A DNA stretch of 64,000 nucleotides from Eledone cirrhosa. Its lineage: Eukaryota. This document shows positions 14,033 to 27,813 of this stretch, piece after piece. A model generated the notes under the pieces. That model was not told the DNA's origin. It did no database searches and worked only from the letters and a program-made list of their open reading frames with translations. How positions within the stretch are numbered: position 1 is the stretch's first letter; each line of letters opens with the position of its first letter. Where the stretch lies: positions 207,886,001-207,950,000 of the forward strand of contig OZ024741.1 of assembly GCA_964016885.1 (NCBI GenBank). Reading direction: 5' to 3'. The translations under genes and the position numbers were made by a program.

Positions 14033-14098
14033 TATTTTATTATACATATTTCAAGGGCAACCAAGGCAAATTATGGTGCGCTTTCATCAGATAAAATA
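14033..14098 (-). ncRNA. Minimal type I hammerhead ribozyme (family A-type, intact core)
   Basis: TATTTTAT-CTGATGA-AAGCGCACCA..TGGTTGCCCTT-GAAA-TATGTA-TA-ATAAAATA. Confidence 0.8.
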
Positions 14099-14171
14099 CA
14101 GATTTGTTTTATAAATAAATATTGACATACCCGGAAAAAAGACAACCCTAACGGTTGGAGCTTCCTGGATA

Positions 14172-14229
<58 letters not shown>

Positions 14230-14352
14230 TATATATATATAGTATATATATATATATATTTAAAGGTATATATTGAGTTAGAAACTCAAAATAATCTCTT
14301 ACAATTAAATAGCTCAAGGAAAAAGATTTTCTGGGCCGTATAATATAATTGA

Positions 14353-14459
14353 ATATAAAAGAGTGATAAACACAGATATATACATATATGTGTTCAAATC
14401 GTAAGGGACCAGATTGGAACACATATACGTATATATCTGTGTTTATCTCTCTTTTATAT
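14353..14459. repeat. Hairpin, ~48 bp arms, 11 nt loop
   Basis: atataaaagagtgataaacacagatata..caaatc / gattgg..tatatctgtgtttatctctcttttatat. Confidence 0.8.
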
Positions 14460-14556
14460 ATATATATATTCACATATATATATATACACATTCACACCCA
14501 CACAATTATATGAATACATCTAATTATATACGCATATACTACTCAATCTTATATAC

Positions 14557-14590
<34 letters not shown>

Positions 14591-15351
14591 ACGTGTGTGT
14601 GTGTGTGTGTTTGTGTTTGTGTATGTGTGCATGTATATATATTCATTCCATAATTAGATGTATACATACACTGTTTCTTCTTCCATTCCTCGCATCTTTC
14701 TTTCTCTCACACACTTCTCTCCATATACTTTTCTCTGCATTAGTTATTCCCGTAAACCGGTTCAATATATTTTCACCGAGTTTACTTAAAATAAATTTAC
14801 GAGTATTTCAGTTAAATTCTGTACATTTGAATGGGACATAATTTCAAATTGAACTTTGAGTTGAGTCTTTCACATAATTTGTTCATGTGTTTAAACTGTA
14901 GATCGAAGGAGTACTTGTACGTCACTTGAGCTGCTTTACTCATTCAATGAGACTTAGTGAGATACCATACTCATCTTTTGAGTTTGTTGAGTATTTTGAA
15001 TAATGTGTCAGGTTTTTCACGTGGAGTTTTAAACGTTTTAGTGAGAGGTAGTCTGTCTGCTGAGATTCTTTTATCGTGTGTGAGTTGAAATACTGAAATC
15101 ATAGAGTAAAAACAACAAAAAAAAAAACTAGATGATGCTATGATTTATTGAGTGAGAGTGATATGTAGCACTCACTTATCGATCGGCATGACACTACATC
15201 ATATTTCTCAAATGATATCCAGAATTCGGTGAATGAGACGTTGAATGAGACTTTAAATAACCTGAGTAGAAATATTGCACAAATGAGTTTGAGAACCATT
15301 TCCGGTTCGGCCAAAAATGTTCTTTTTTATTTTAAATTATATATATGTGTA

Positions 15352-15384
<33 letters not shown>

Positions 15385-15387
15385 GTT

Positions 15388-15583
<196 letters not shown>

Positions 15584-16472
15584 TATATATATTAATTGTT
15601 TATTTTTATTTTCCTTTTCTGTTTGATTTTGGAGACGGCGAGATAAAGAGAATATAAGAACCATCATCATCGCCATGGTCATTATCATTATCATCATAAT
15701 CATCATAATCATTATTACCATTATGGTAACCAGCATCCTCGTATCCATATTAATCATCATCATCATTATCATGTCTTATCGTTGTGTATGGAGATGAGAT
15801 AATTCTATGACGTGGATGTAATTATGCCAGTGTCAGTTCAAATTTGCTTCCAGTGCAGTCTCTGTCCTATCATGATCATTATTTGACCGCTCCCCTTCCG
15901 CCTCATCGCCAATAAAATCCCCCCTCCCCGCCTGTCTTTCTTTTTCACCCTCTTTTATGTATCGCTCTTTTTCTTCTTGCTGTTCTTCTTTCGCAATTAT
16001 TACATGTTACGGGGGGCTTCTTCCGAAAACAACATCAGCTTGACGATAATTTCAGTTCGCTGTTTAAACTACGAATTTATTCAAGTTCTCTGAATGCGGC
16101 TGTTTTAAAGTACCAAGCCCTGCGGTGATCTCACAAAAAGGAAGGATCTCACGCAATTTGACAGTTTTTCATTTATTTATTTATTCCTTTATGCTCGTTC
16201 ATTGCCATATTAAATTGACATTGTTGATTCCGTTGTCGATGTTGTTCTTGTTGACTTTTATGTATTTTTGTTTCTTGTTTTGCCTTAATATTCCTTTGTT
16301 TTGTTTATATTTTTATTCTCAAAGAACTTTTTTTCTTTTTCAGTCAGATCCACAGGAGGGTAATATTTCAGAACTTTTTTCTGGAGAAAATTAAACTTAA
16401 AAGTGAAAAATGGTAATAACAATAGTAATTATAATTATAATATTAATATCAATATTAATGTTGATAAGCAAT

Positions 16473-17687
16473 CTATGGATAACCACTTCGTTTTCGTCGC
16501 CGGAAGAGCTTGCAGACTTCCTCCCGGACTCTGTCATTAACAATTCCATAGACAATTGGATTGCTGGCATTACCCAATAAAAAGAGATATCTTAATATAA
16601 GACTATTTGTGATGCCAAATATATCTAACCAAAATGGCACCCAAGCGACGATATAGATGATTGTACAAAGGAACAACATCTTAGCTGTCCTGTTATGATG
16701 CATGGAGCGCCTTTTGTCAGAGAATTTTCCATGTGTTTTGCACGACTCACCGGATTTCGTGCTTTTCCTGTCGCCGTTCGAGGACAGTGGTGGCGTAGGG
16801 GATTGAACCCCAGAATCAACATCGGAATCAACGGATGGTGTGAGCTTTCGAGCGTTGTTCAGAGTACAGCCTGTGGAATCGGACATCTCGTCGAAATATT
16901 TCTTTTTCTCTGTACCAACACTGGGCGTAGAACGATCAGAACTGCTGTTGCTACTGCTGGAACTGGTTGGTATTCCGAGAGGGTTCGACAATTTCTTTCT
17001 GAGCTGAGCTTTTTTCCATAATTTTGTGTAAATGAGGGTATAAAGTACAACAATACTGAAACAGGCAAGTCCGTATGATAAACTCAATAAAGCTTGGTAA
17101 GAGCGAGTCCCTATTTCTCCAAGAAAGGACATTGTGAAGTGGCAGAAGGGTGGGTTAAGTACATTCATGATATTTTCAGTACAATTACCGCTGTTAATGG
17201 TATAAGGACCAGGAACAACGGCGAAAATAAAAACCGATGGAATTGCTAGGACTACACTGATAACAACGATGACAATCATACCTTTGTTTACCTGTGATAA
17301 GCTCAAACGTCTGGTTGGTCGCCTTACAGCAACACAGCGTTCTAGCGCAATGGCCACTAAAGAAGCGTTCGATGCCATGATGCAAAAATGGCGGACTACT
17401 TCGAAGCTGTGACATATAGCGTCAGAGGTAACACCATGAAGCTCGTATACGATCGTATAAGGCATGACAAACATACACACACAGAGATCAAGCAAGGCTA
17501 ACACTCGGATAAACGTGCTACTCGATTTGCGGTCCCGTTTTTTCAGGTAAACAATTAGAATTAGGACGTTACCCACAGTGCCAACCAGAGCGTAAAGGGA
17601 GATAATCACTGATAGAATGTACTGTTCGAGAGACCATTCTGAATAGGTAACTGTCATGTTGCATTTTGTGTCCGGGTGAATATCCAT
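16473..17687 (-). CDS. Class A (rhodopsin-like) GPCR, peptide-receptor-like orphan, 404 aa, uninterrupted CDS
   Basis: Seven hydrophobic segments; TM1 GN, TM2 LALLD, Cys at the top of TM3, ERC in place of DRY, TM6 AWVPF, TM7 NPIVY, helix 8; long Ser-rich third intracellular loop. Confidence 0.95.
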   Translation of the reverse strand: MDIHPDTKCNMTVTYSEWSLEQYILSVIISLYALVGTVGNVLILIVYLKKRDRKSSSTFIRVLALLDLCVCMFVMPYTIVYELHGVTSDAICHSFEVVRHFCIMASNASLVAIALERCVAVRRPTRRLSLSQVNKGMIVIVVISVVLAIPSVFIFAVVPGPYTINSGNCTENIMNVLNPPFCHFTMSFLGEIGTRSYQALLSLSYGLACFSIVVLYTLIYTKLWKKAQLRKKLSNPLGIPTSSSSSNSSSDRSTPSVGTEKKKYFDEMSDSTGCTLNNARKLTPSVDSDVDSGVQSPTPPLSSNGDRKSTKSGESCKTHGKFSDKRRSMHHNRTAKMLFLCTIIYIVAWVPFWLDIFGITNSLILRYLFLLGNASNPIVYGIVNDRVREEVCKLFRRRKRSGYP

Positions 17688-18884
17688 TGTGTTAAAAGTT
17701 TAGTTTATACAATTTACACGTCGAAAATGTTTTTTAAAATAAATATAAATTGAAAATCCTGATAGAAAATCAATTCAAGTTGTTTGTTCTTTTACTTGTT
17801 TTTGTAAAATATTTCCAAAGTAGATAACTTAAAATTATGTATGTACGTATAAAAATGATTTGGTCAGGTGTATTTTTTAATTTACAAATTACTGTGCGTA
17901 TGTGCTTCTTCTCCTCCTTCTCCTCGTTTGCTGTTGATGATGCTGATGATAATGATGACAGATTCCTAGTAGAGTTTTTCTTTTTTTTCTTTGTTAGCCA
18001 AGTTATAAAACTCTTTCCCAGTAATTTAATGATCGATATATTGATCTGATTATTGTTTTTTTCTTACTATATTTGATTAAAGTTATTGTTTAACTTAATT
18101 TTTCATTCTTTCCGTCTTTTCTGAAATAAATTGCAAATAATTCAAAATGCTCGATTTAGGATATTATCAATATCTTCATTAAATATATTTTGTTGTTGGG
18201 TCCTTCGTTATTGCCACAGAATAAAAGTAATTCCCTAATTGTTGTTGTTATTATTGTAGATATTATTCCAGGAAATCTGTGAGATATTCCTTCTGTCGAA
18301 CATATAATAAAATCATCAGGTAAACTCCAGGACGAATAATGAATATGAAAAAATATCTAAAATAAAAAAAAAAAAAATGAAAATCACATAAAGTAATGTA
18401 TGGGTGCGTACGTGCATGTATGTGTGTGTGTGTATTTACGTATGTCTATGTATAAATATCTGTTTGTGCATGTGTCTATGTGTATGTTAATAAACAAATT
18501 TTAACTGCAGAAGATATTGGAAAATACCAATTCTAGTATTGTACTCCGGCGTTCAAGTCCATCAGTAGTAGTAGTAGTAGTAGTAGTAGTATTTCGGAAA
18601 TTTTCTCCGAAAAATTAAAATGTTGCTGCTTTTTTTTTTTTTACTTGTTGCCTGGTCAAGTGAGACTGTGCGACTGAACTGGTCAGTGGTGTCTGGCCAA
18701 ATATAAAATAATATGGTTTGGTCAACCAATCAGTTTAGTGGTTATTTAGAATACAGTTGAAACTACTAATGGTGACAGACACACGTCATAGAAAATATTT
18801 AAGGAAAATATCAGCAATTAACTTAGACATTTAAAAAATAAAGCAGCCAATAATACAGCAAAATGTAAATACTATAACATAAAT

Positions 18885-18885
18885 G

Positions 18886-18961
<76 letters not shown>

Positions 18962-18995
18962 TGGTGGTGGTGGTGGTAATAGTAGTAGTAGTAGT
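18885..18995. repeat. (AGT)n/(GGT)n microsatellite
   Basis: Direct reading. Confidence 0.95.
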
Positions 18996-19440
18996 GCTAA
19001 TAATTCTACTTTGCACCTCTTAAATTGAAGAGCAATAACTATATATCCACTTCCTGAATGGCCACTTCCGGCCTCCACACCGTTGTGCAGTTTTTTTTTA
19101 AAAGTTTGAGATTTTTATATATTTTCAGACATTTTCTTAACTGATTTTGTTGGGGTTTTTTAAACTAATTTTATTTTCTTGTTTTTTATTTATTTATTTA
19201 TTTATTTGTTGTTTTTTTTTACATTTTCTTTCCAAACTAACATATTACTGCACTTTTCCCTCTTTCTCCCTGCTATTTTATCACATTCTCTTTCTCTACT
19301 TTTCTGCCCCCCGCTCTCTCTCTCTACTTGTATATCTATCTAGCTATCTCTCTATTCATCCACACAAAACCCACCTACTTATCTCTCTCACTCTCTCTTT
19401 TTATGTATATATATATATATAGATATATATATATATATAT

Positions 19441-19498
<58 letters not shown>

Positions 19499-19741
19499 GC
19501 GTGCGTGTGTGAGTGTTTGTGTGTGTGTGTAGCAAACTTTAAAACGTTTGTCTCAAATTTATATCTTCCATTTCTCCCTCCTTTCTCTTTCACTTCTTGA
19601 CCTTCGTTTCTTCTTTCTTAACCTTTTCTATCTTTTTCTCACAGTCTCTTCCTACTCACATTATCTTTCTCTGAATCTCTTCTTTTTCTTGCGTTAAGAG
19701 TTTCTCTCTTTGCCTCACCCTCTATATTTTCTTCTTACACC

Positions 19742-19830
<89 letters not shown>

Positions 19831-20129
19831 CCCTCTCTCTCTCTCTTTTTTTCTCTACTTACCTTTTAAAGTGAATATCGCCTCTTAAATGTTTCAAGTC
19901 CCTCAGTTCCTGGTCATCAGCGAATAACCATCTAATGTTCACTGAGGCTAGAGGGTTCTGAGAATTACACAGCAGATGATGTTTTTCTGCTCTATAAATG
20001 ACTGGTCACCGAATTTGTAGACATAAGGTCAAACAATTGACATTTTAGAATACTTCGGTCACAAAAATAATTTCAAAGCTATTAGCAATTTAATTGGATG
20101 GTCATTTATCTTAGATCTAATTCTCGGGT

Positions 20130-20540
20130 CTTTGTTGTTATTGGTGTTATTGTAATTGATGTAGCTCTGCGTGCTGCCGCTTTCGCTGTTGTTACTGTTG
20201 TTGTTGTTGTTGTCGATACTTCTGCTGTTATTGTAGTTACTGTCGCTGCTGTTGCTGTCACTCTAGTTGTTGTAGTTGTTGTTGTAGCTGTTACTGTTGC
20301 TGCTGTTGTTGCTGTGGTTGTTTCTGCAGTTGTTTCTGTAGTTGTTGTCCCTGCTGTTGCTGTCACTGTAGTTGTTGCTGTAGTTGGTGTTTTTATCTTT
20401 GAAATGGTTAGTTGTTGCTGCTGTGGTCCTTGGTGTTCATGTAGTTTTTTTTGTAATAACTAAGTTATTGTTGTTGGTGTTGTTACTGCTGCTGTTGTTA
20501 TTGTTGTTATTGTTGCTGCTGTAGTAGTTGTTGTTGTTGA
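20130..20540. repeat. Degenerate (GTT/GCT)n low-complexity tract
   Basis: Direct reading; source of the spurious Val- and Thr-rich ORFs. Confidence 0.85.
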
Positions 20541-21193
20541 GGTGAAGCAAGATACCATATGATAGGTTTGTGTGTTGATTATAAAGGTAATTATGGTAGT
20601 GTCGGTGCTATTGGTGTATGTATGGTCAAGTAGACAGCTGTGACGTCATAGGTGATGTGTTCAGCCGCTGCCACCAAAAAAGAAGGTGTGGTGGATTGGT
20701 CAGTACAGAAGCAGGTGGCTTGAATTAATAAGTCCAGTCTTCAGTGCTAACACACTAAGTGCCGGCCAAGCCTAGAAAATAAAAGTCAAAATAATTAAAA
20801 TAAAATTAACTGCATATACACTTTAATATATACTTACAAAAGTGCACTTTAATTATGTATGTATCTATTCAGCTATACATATATGTATGAATCTATATGT
20901 GTGTATCTATTTATGTATATACATATATGTATATACATATATGTATTTACATATATCTATATACATATATGTATATACATATACATGTATGTATGCATCT
21001 ATGTGTGTATGCATTTATAGATGTGCATAAGTATGTATTTATGTCTCATACAAGCAGCGAAATAGATGTGAAAGTGGGAGAAGCAAAGTTATGTTACTTA
21101 ATTGTTAAGTAGATATATCTATAAGAAGATAATTAGTAAATAAACAAATTAGAGAAAAGTACTACTACAGATAATAACGACAACAACAACAAC

Positions 21194-21272
<79 letters not shown>

Positions 21273-21275
<3 letters not shown>

Positions 21276-22086
21276 CTTTCTTTATTAACCACAAGGGTCT
21301 ACATAAAGTAGACATTAAGGACAGTACAGGACAATACAGGGCGGTACAAATGGGTATTTCTGCGTGTAAAAAACAAGAAACAGAGGATGTAATAATAGAA
21401 CAATGAAAAAATTCCCCAATAGGGGGGAGACTTCCGAGGGACATTCGTGGAGAAAGCCCATTAAAAAGCCACAGTGACCCTGACCACCAGGGCAAGTGCC
21501 CTCTCCCAGTTTTCCACCTTTAATTTACAGACACATACTCAGAGTAGGCCCATTCACTCGAGCCATTCTTGCCTCTCTCACCCATCTTTCAACAAAATGC
21601 TGGGAAAAGAGCACTTCCCTTTCTACCCTGATTTTCCTTTTCAAATGAAATTTGAAAAAGTTAATCAGGGCATCACCGAAGAGGTAAGTGCTCGTCTTCA
21701 GCCCTTTCAAACGTGTCCACCATACTATCTCTTTCGCCATGGCCACCAGACAGATAAAAACTGCCTGCCCTTCCCGGCTAAAGGAAGAGGGCGGGGCAAT
21801 CCTCACGATGGACTCAGCTGATAGCCGGATCCGTCCTACACGCGACAGCAGGTGTTCGACATAAACCCACAAGTCAGCAATGCTCGGACACTGGACGAGT
21901 GCGTGCAGGACAGTTTCGTCGCCCTGCGCGCATCTCGGACATGCCCGGCTGACGGCACCTCCATGCCTGTAGAGTTTATCCCGAACTGGCAAAGCTCCTC
22001 GGTAGCTCTGCCAGGCCAGGGATTTCTGGAAGTTGCCCCGGCCCGAAAGTTCTTCCGAAGAGATTGGCTAGTTGATTTTTATCGAC
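21273..22086 (-). mobile_element. 5'-truncated Tx1/L1-clade LINE 3' end within an (AAT)n tract
   Basis: FQKSLAWQSYRGALPVRDKLYRHG..CPRC..ETVLHALVQC (C-terminal zinc finger of ORF2); 3' UTR ends aataaagaaagc(att)n; (aat)n on both sides. Confidence 0.85.
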
Positions 22087-23526
22087 GATAATAATAATAA
22101 ACACATCAGCATGACTCACCCACCTTCACATTTAGCACCCGTTGGCACCTAAAAGGAACCAGCACTAACGATTGCTTTTATATCACTCATCTCCACTTGA
22201 AATGTTTTCATTTTTAAGCCTGTTAGGGAGTTTTAATAGGGTTATTAGATCTGCTGGAAAACACAGCCAAATGTCCTTAAAACCACAATCTATCGTATTT
22301 TCTCATATCATGTTTAGGGGCTTTTTATCAGAGCAAAGAGATGTTACCAAGGTCTTTACAGATCCCCTGAAACCGACGAGCATGGTGTCGTTAATAATTC
22401 CCCTCAACAATTAGAAGTGAAGGGTTGCAGGAAAAATATGGAAAGAAAGGGGAGGAAGGACTGCACGTAGAGGTTAGAAGGGGTCTGAGGGAGGAAGGAG
22501 TGACGTATGAGTCAGAACCTCTGGAGTGAAGATGGAACGAGGTTAGCAGTCCTGAAGAACAGAAGCAACTTCAATAACGCTAAAAATAACAGAGAGTATT
22601 TTTATAGAGATTAGAACGTAATGGTTACTATATATCTTTATTTAGATGTCTGTATAATTTGCAGTAGTACCATCTTAGATGTAATCCTTATGAATCTCCC
22701 CTGAATTTTATATAGGTTTAGTAATTAGGGGGTGCAAACGTATTTTCTGGCTCTGAAGAGAAATGACGATCATTATGATGTAATCGTAAGTATAGTTCTA
22801 AACACAATATGCCAGAAGAAAAAATAGGATTTATCACGGCTAGAACTGTTTTCGTCACAAGCTTTTTCATCATGGCTCACTTAGGGCTGAACAATAAAGC
22901 TAAATGTGGGTTCTATGAGGTCACGTGACTTTACAGAAATAACATCCATATCTTTCTCAAATCATACACCACTGCCCCAAAATAGGATGATTACCTTAGA
23001 TAATGTCGTCCTTGATACATTATGTCTCTATAAAGGAGAGGATAGTCGCGGATGGAACAACTCTGGTTATAGATCTGTCTGATTAAAGGATGAACTGGGG
23101 CTAAACAAAAGCATGCATATATCCAGACATATCGTTGGGCTAATAAAAATGATATGTGATAGTCACATATGGAACGTCCTTCATTATAGGTCCACATAAA
23201 GTGGAGGTATTGTGACCAAAGCCTTCATCTTCCACCTCATGCAGTCTGGTGAGTTCGTTCTGGGTGATGATGAGTTTGATGTTATGTTCGTTCTCTGTAG
23301 AGAAAAATCTAGACAAAGATCGGCAGGGTGGGGAAAAAGGGTTGCAGATGATTTGACCAAATCTTGTTATTGTTGTTGTTGCTATTTACCCCCAAGTCAA
23401 CACTAACCGAGCTGACCTATGCTCAAAAGCGTCACAAGCCTGATGGTTCTATGGCTTCATTACACTGCATTATACAACGTGTCTTCTATTTCAGAGATGT
23501 TTGAGAGAGAGAGAGACAAAGTGAGA

Positions 23527-23579
<53 letters not shown>

Positions 23580-24696
23580 AGTTGCTATTTTTAGCAGGTT
23601 AAGTCGACACATAAAGGGAACCTTCAGTAGCACATTTGACAAAACGTTTGATTTAGTGTTTTAGTAGAAGCAGGATGTTTGTTGAGGTTAAGACCATACA
23701 AAAAGGTAGAGGAGAGTTCAGTTTACACGTTAGGTGTGAAGTATTGTTATTAAAATAAGACAAGAAAAAGAAATAAAAGAAAGTTATCTTTATCTATTTA
23801 ATCTCATCTGTTCATCCTTTCAAGATAATCCTCTTAATTCAGATGGAAATCCACTTTGCGACATTTTAACGGGCTTTTCGTGTGTTCTTTTTATTTTTGT
23901 ATCGTTTTATTTCGTTTTTACATGTTTTTTCCTCAGCATATTTTCAATCTCTAATCCTTTTCGAATCCCTATTTATATATTCCTTCACTTCTTTAATTAC
24001 TTCTCTTCGTTTATTTTTTATTGCTTTTGTATGCTTTTTTTCTATTTTTGTATTTCGTCACGTGACAATTTTCTAGCCTGGTCGTCTCACACCATTTTAA
24101 TAACTGTTCTTTGCTAAATCAACATTCACAAATGAACGTCGACCATTAGAGCAAACAAGGAAAAGACAGTGCCTCGCATACGCGCACAAAAGCACCCCAC
24201 CACCATACCCACACATATACACACAAACACTCATATACAAATACAATCTGACACACACAAATACAAGCTGTCACAAACTCAGTAATACACACATATCAAT
24301 ACAAATATACATAATCATACAAACAGATGCATGTAGTCACATAGGGTATCACAAAATTGTATTCCTTAAGTAGGAAGAATAGCAATACTCATGGCCCATT
24401 TCAAGTCCCACGAAGCTAGTGTGAAGGAAGGAGAAAGTATCTTCAAACTGGAAATTTGGCCTGAATGCTTGCAACAGAATGAACTTTATTAAATGCACTC
24501 AAGAGCAAAATGAGGATGTCAAACAGGTCGACGGATTAAGACTACAACCTAAGTACCTCAGGGCAGAATTCAGAACGCAGAGAGCTGGAAAATATACCAT
24601 CAGTCCACCTGCCAAGACTAGTATTCTATCCGTCGGTCCCGAAAGGATGAAATCAACGTTGATATGGGCTGGATTACCACTCTTCTCCTCCTCTAT

Positions 24697-24743
<47 letters not shown>

Positions 24744-24791
24744 AAAGTTTTATTTAAAATTGTTGGGTTACAACAAGTAAATATTTTATAA

Positions 24792-25034
<243 letters not shown>

Positions 25035-25065
25035 ATATATATATATATAATATATAATATATATA

Positions 25066-25247
25066 TGGTGGATTGGCAGTATCGGTAGAGGGTCGGACGC
25101 CATGCTTTCCAGCATAGTTACGTCCCTTTATGATCTGAGTTCAAATCCCGCCGAGGTTGACTTTGCCTTTCATCCTTACAGGGTCGATAAAATAAAGTAC
25201 CAGTAATACACTGGGTAATTGCTGGCCTTGTGCCTAAAGTAGAAACA

Positions 25248-25248
<1 letters not shown>
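25066..25248 (+). mobile_element. tRNA-derived SINE, full length
   Basis: A-box-like TGGCAGTATCGG, B-box GAGTTCAAATCC, core ctttgcctttcatcctt..gggtcgataaaataaagtaccag; at least 7 copies in the window. Confidence 0.88.
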
Positions 25249-25289
<41 letters not shown>

Positions 25290-26650
25290 CTCCAATTTTC
25301 AAAAAGGGAAACAAGAGAGGTTCTTCCAATTACAGAGGGATATCCTTGCTCTCTCCGGTAAAGTCTAAGTTGAGTGACTGGCAAATAGATGCAGGGAGAT
25401 TGTCGAGGCGAAACTGAGGAACAGTGTGGTCTTCAGTGACCAAATATTCAAGCTACTGCAGGTCTTCGAGAAATCGTGGGAGTATTACCAAGAGGTACAT
25501 TTTTGATTTGTCGAACCTGAAACGTCATATGACCGCGTTACTCGGGACTTGCTGTGGAGGATTCTGAAGAAGCATGGAGTCGATGGTCAGCTTGTTGCTG
25601 TCCTGATGTCTCTATACGAATGCCCGAGTATTTGTGTTCGAATAAATGGTGCTAAATTGAAACCATTCAATGTGGGGGAGGGGGGGATCGGACTCCGCCA
25701 AGAGTGCGTACTATTACCACGCCTGTTTATAAATCCCGCCGAGGTTAACTTTGCCTTTCATCCTTGCGGGGTCGATAAAATAAAGTACCAGTAATGTACT
25801 GGGTATTTGCTGGCATTGTGCCTAAAATAGAAACAATTATTTACATGAACAGAATTGACATGCACAGCCGGAAGTGATATCATGATTGTCGAATGGAAAT
25901 TGCAGACGACATGGTGTTATTTAACTCGACAGAAGGTGATGTCCGACTGGCACTCGATAGGTTTAATGATGAATGCTGCATGGCTGGAACGAAAATCAGT
26001 GCTTCGAAAACTGAGACAATCATCCTCTCAAGGAAGCCTGCACAGTTCACTCTGTAAATAGAGTCCCACTGAAGCACGTAGAGAAGTTTAAGTATCTCGG
26101 GGCCGTGGTCATTAGTGATGAAAAGCAGGAGATTGAATTCTGTGCAAAAATGCAGGAGCTGATACAGTAGTGCGCCAGCTTCTGCATTCAGTATTCAGCA
26201 GAAGGGAGGTAGGTGTATAAGCCAAACTCGCAATGTTCAATTCAGTATTCGTTCCAACTCTTACTCGTGTCACAAATCTTGGGTAATGACCGAAAGAATA
26301 CGTTCGCGAAAACAATCCGCCGAAATGGGGTTCTTCAAAGAGGTCTTTCGAGTAACGTTACTCGATACAGTGCGTAGCTCTGAGATCAGAGTTTCAATCC
26401 AGGTCTACCTGGATTGACTCTCTGATATTTCTCCGAATTGAGAGATTGCAGCTTCGATGATATGGACATGTGGTTAGAATGTCTTGGAAAAGAGCCGCTT
26501 GACATATTTTATGGGCTAAACCAACCGACAGAAGACTCAGGGGTAGAGCCCGAGCAGCATTTATGAGCTTAGCTTGTCTGGCTTGGGGAACCAGCCTGAT
26601 CAGTTGGAGACGGTTGCTTCTGACGGGATCCTCTGTAAGGAGTGTTTGAC
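25290..26650 (+). mobile_element. Degenerate RTE-clade LINE RT region, interrupted by a SINE
   Basis: EEQCG..DQIF..EKSWEY..SYDRV..LLWRILKKHGV..GLRQECVLLPRLFI..ADDMVL..KISASKTE..VEKFKYLG. Confidence 0.85.
25731..25840 (+). mobile_element. 5'-truncated SINE nested in the RTE
   Basis: aaatcccgccgaggttaactttgcc..tagaaacaa; the RTE frame resumes after it. Confidence 0.85.
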
Positions 26651-26819
26651 CAGAGATGTTGCTGTTGTACTAATTTCTATCTTTGAAATGATTAATTGTT
26701 GCTGTTGTAGTCCTTGGTGTTCATGGAGACTTTTCTCTATAGCGATAAAATAGCAGAGAGTATACTTACATGCCTGAGATTGGAGCGTAATGGTTACTTC
26801 ATATCTTTCTTTCTTTCTG

Positions 26820-26965
26820 AAAGAGGAAGACCAAGGTTAACGTATGTTGATGCCCTAAGGACAGACACTGGTCTGTTGGAGACGCAGGACATGGCAGCGA
26901 TAATGAGGGACAGAGACCGCTGGAGAGAATTCGTCCATGGATCTCGGGAATTTTACCCGCCCTAG
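26820..26965 (+). mobile_element. 3' terminal fragment of an RTE/RTE-X-like LINE
   Basis: RGRPRLTYVDALRTDTGL..MRDRDRW C-terminal motif. Confidence 0.6.
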
Positions 26966-27124
26966 AAAAATATATGGGATAAACTACTGACGTGTAGTGC
27001 TTTGCTTCGCTAGAACCTGCTTATCATCAGGAAGTTACAACGTAACAACTAATATAAACAACACTCTTCTGCAACCATATATATATGTACTACCAAGACA
27101 CGAATTGAACCATCAGCACAGTTG

Positions 27125-27357
27125 AGGTATGTCATACATCAATTTATATATTTTATCTGATGAGGACGTACTGAAAAAACAGAACAGTACCTCCAAAATA
27201 TATATAATAAAATATACTTTGATTACATTGAATATCTATATTTATTAATATTTCGAATTAATATTAATAACTCCGGAAAACTTTTCTCGTTGAGTGCTTC
27301 TAATTTATTGTAAAACTATATTCATTGATTAATCAATGAACCTTGTTTAACTTTTGG

Positions 27358-27360
<3 letters not shown>
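27125..27360 (+). mobile_element. PLE pseudo-LTR family A end with tail; HHR 27149-27214 (GAAA mutated to AAAA)
   Basis: Homologous to the reverse complement of 43742-43970. Confidence 0.75.
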
Positions 27361-27415
<55 letters not shown>

Positions 27416-27417
<2 letters not shown>

Positions 27418-27695
27418 TTTCTGAATTTGTTTAGCAAGATTCTTTATCTGAAAACGTGTGTTGAAACCGATATTGTTATACTTTGGGAGGGTCATGTTGC
27501 CAATAAGAAACACACGCACCAGTTGCTTTCACTTCAATTTATTATAATAAATTTATAAACAACCATCTGGTTGTGGAACCAACCAACCAACCGGAAATTT
27601 ATAAATTCCTAAATTTATAAATTTATTATAATAAATTGAAGTGAAAGCAACTTGTGCGTGTGTTTCTTATTGGCAACATGACCCTCCCAAAGTAT

Positions 27696-27701
<6 letters not shown>
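27416..27701. mobile_element. Inverted pair of PLE family B ends in (TA)n
   Basis: 27416-27559 minus strand with tail; 27560-27701 plus strand ending at agtataacaat. Confidence 0.85.
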
Positions 27702-27726
<25 letters not shown>

Positions 27727-27769
27727 GCTATCGAAACGGCCGGAGCTCGGCCGTCGTGATCCTGAATCT

Positions 27770-27813
<44 letters not shown>

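Noticed and set aside
20098-20463. Mucin-like Thr-rich and Val-rich ORFs (also poly-Val 31703-32131 and poly-Met 29441-29815)
   Set aside because: Trinucleotide low-complexity tracts with no domain or splice support
22130-22620. Possible old CR1/Jockey-like remnant (also 30250-30700)
   Set aside because: Too degenerate to assign by eye
25066-25155. tRNA gene
   Set aside because: A/B boxes are present, but it continues into a SINE body repeated many times and I see no convincing cloverleaf
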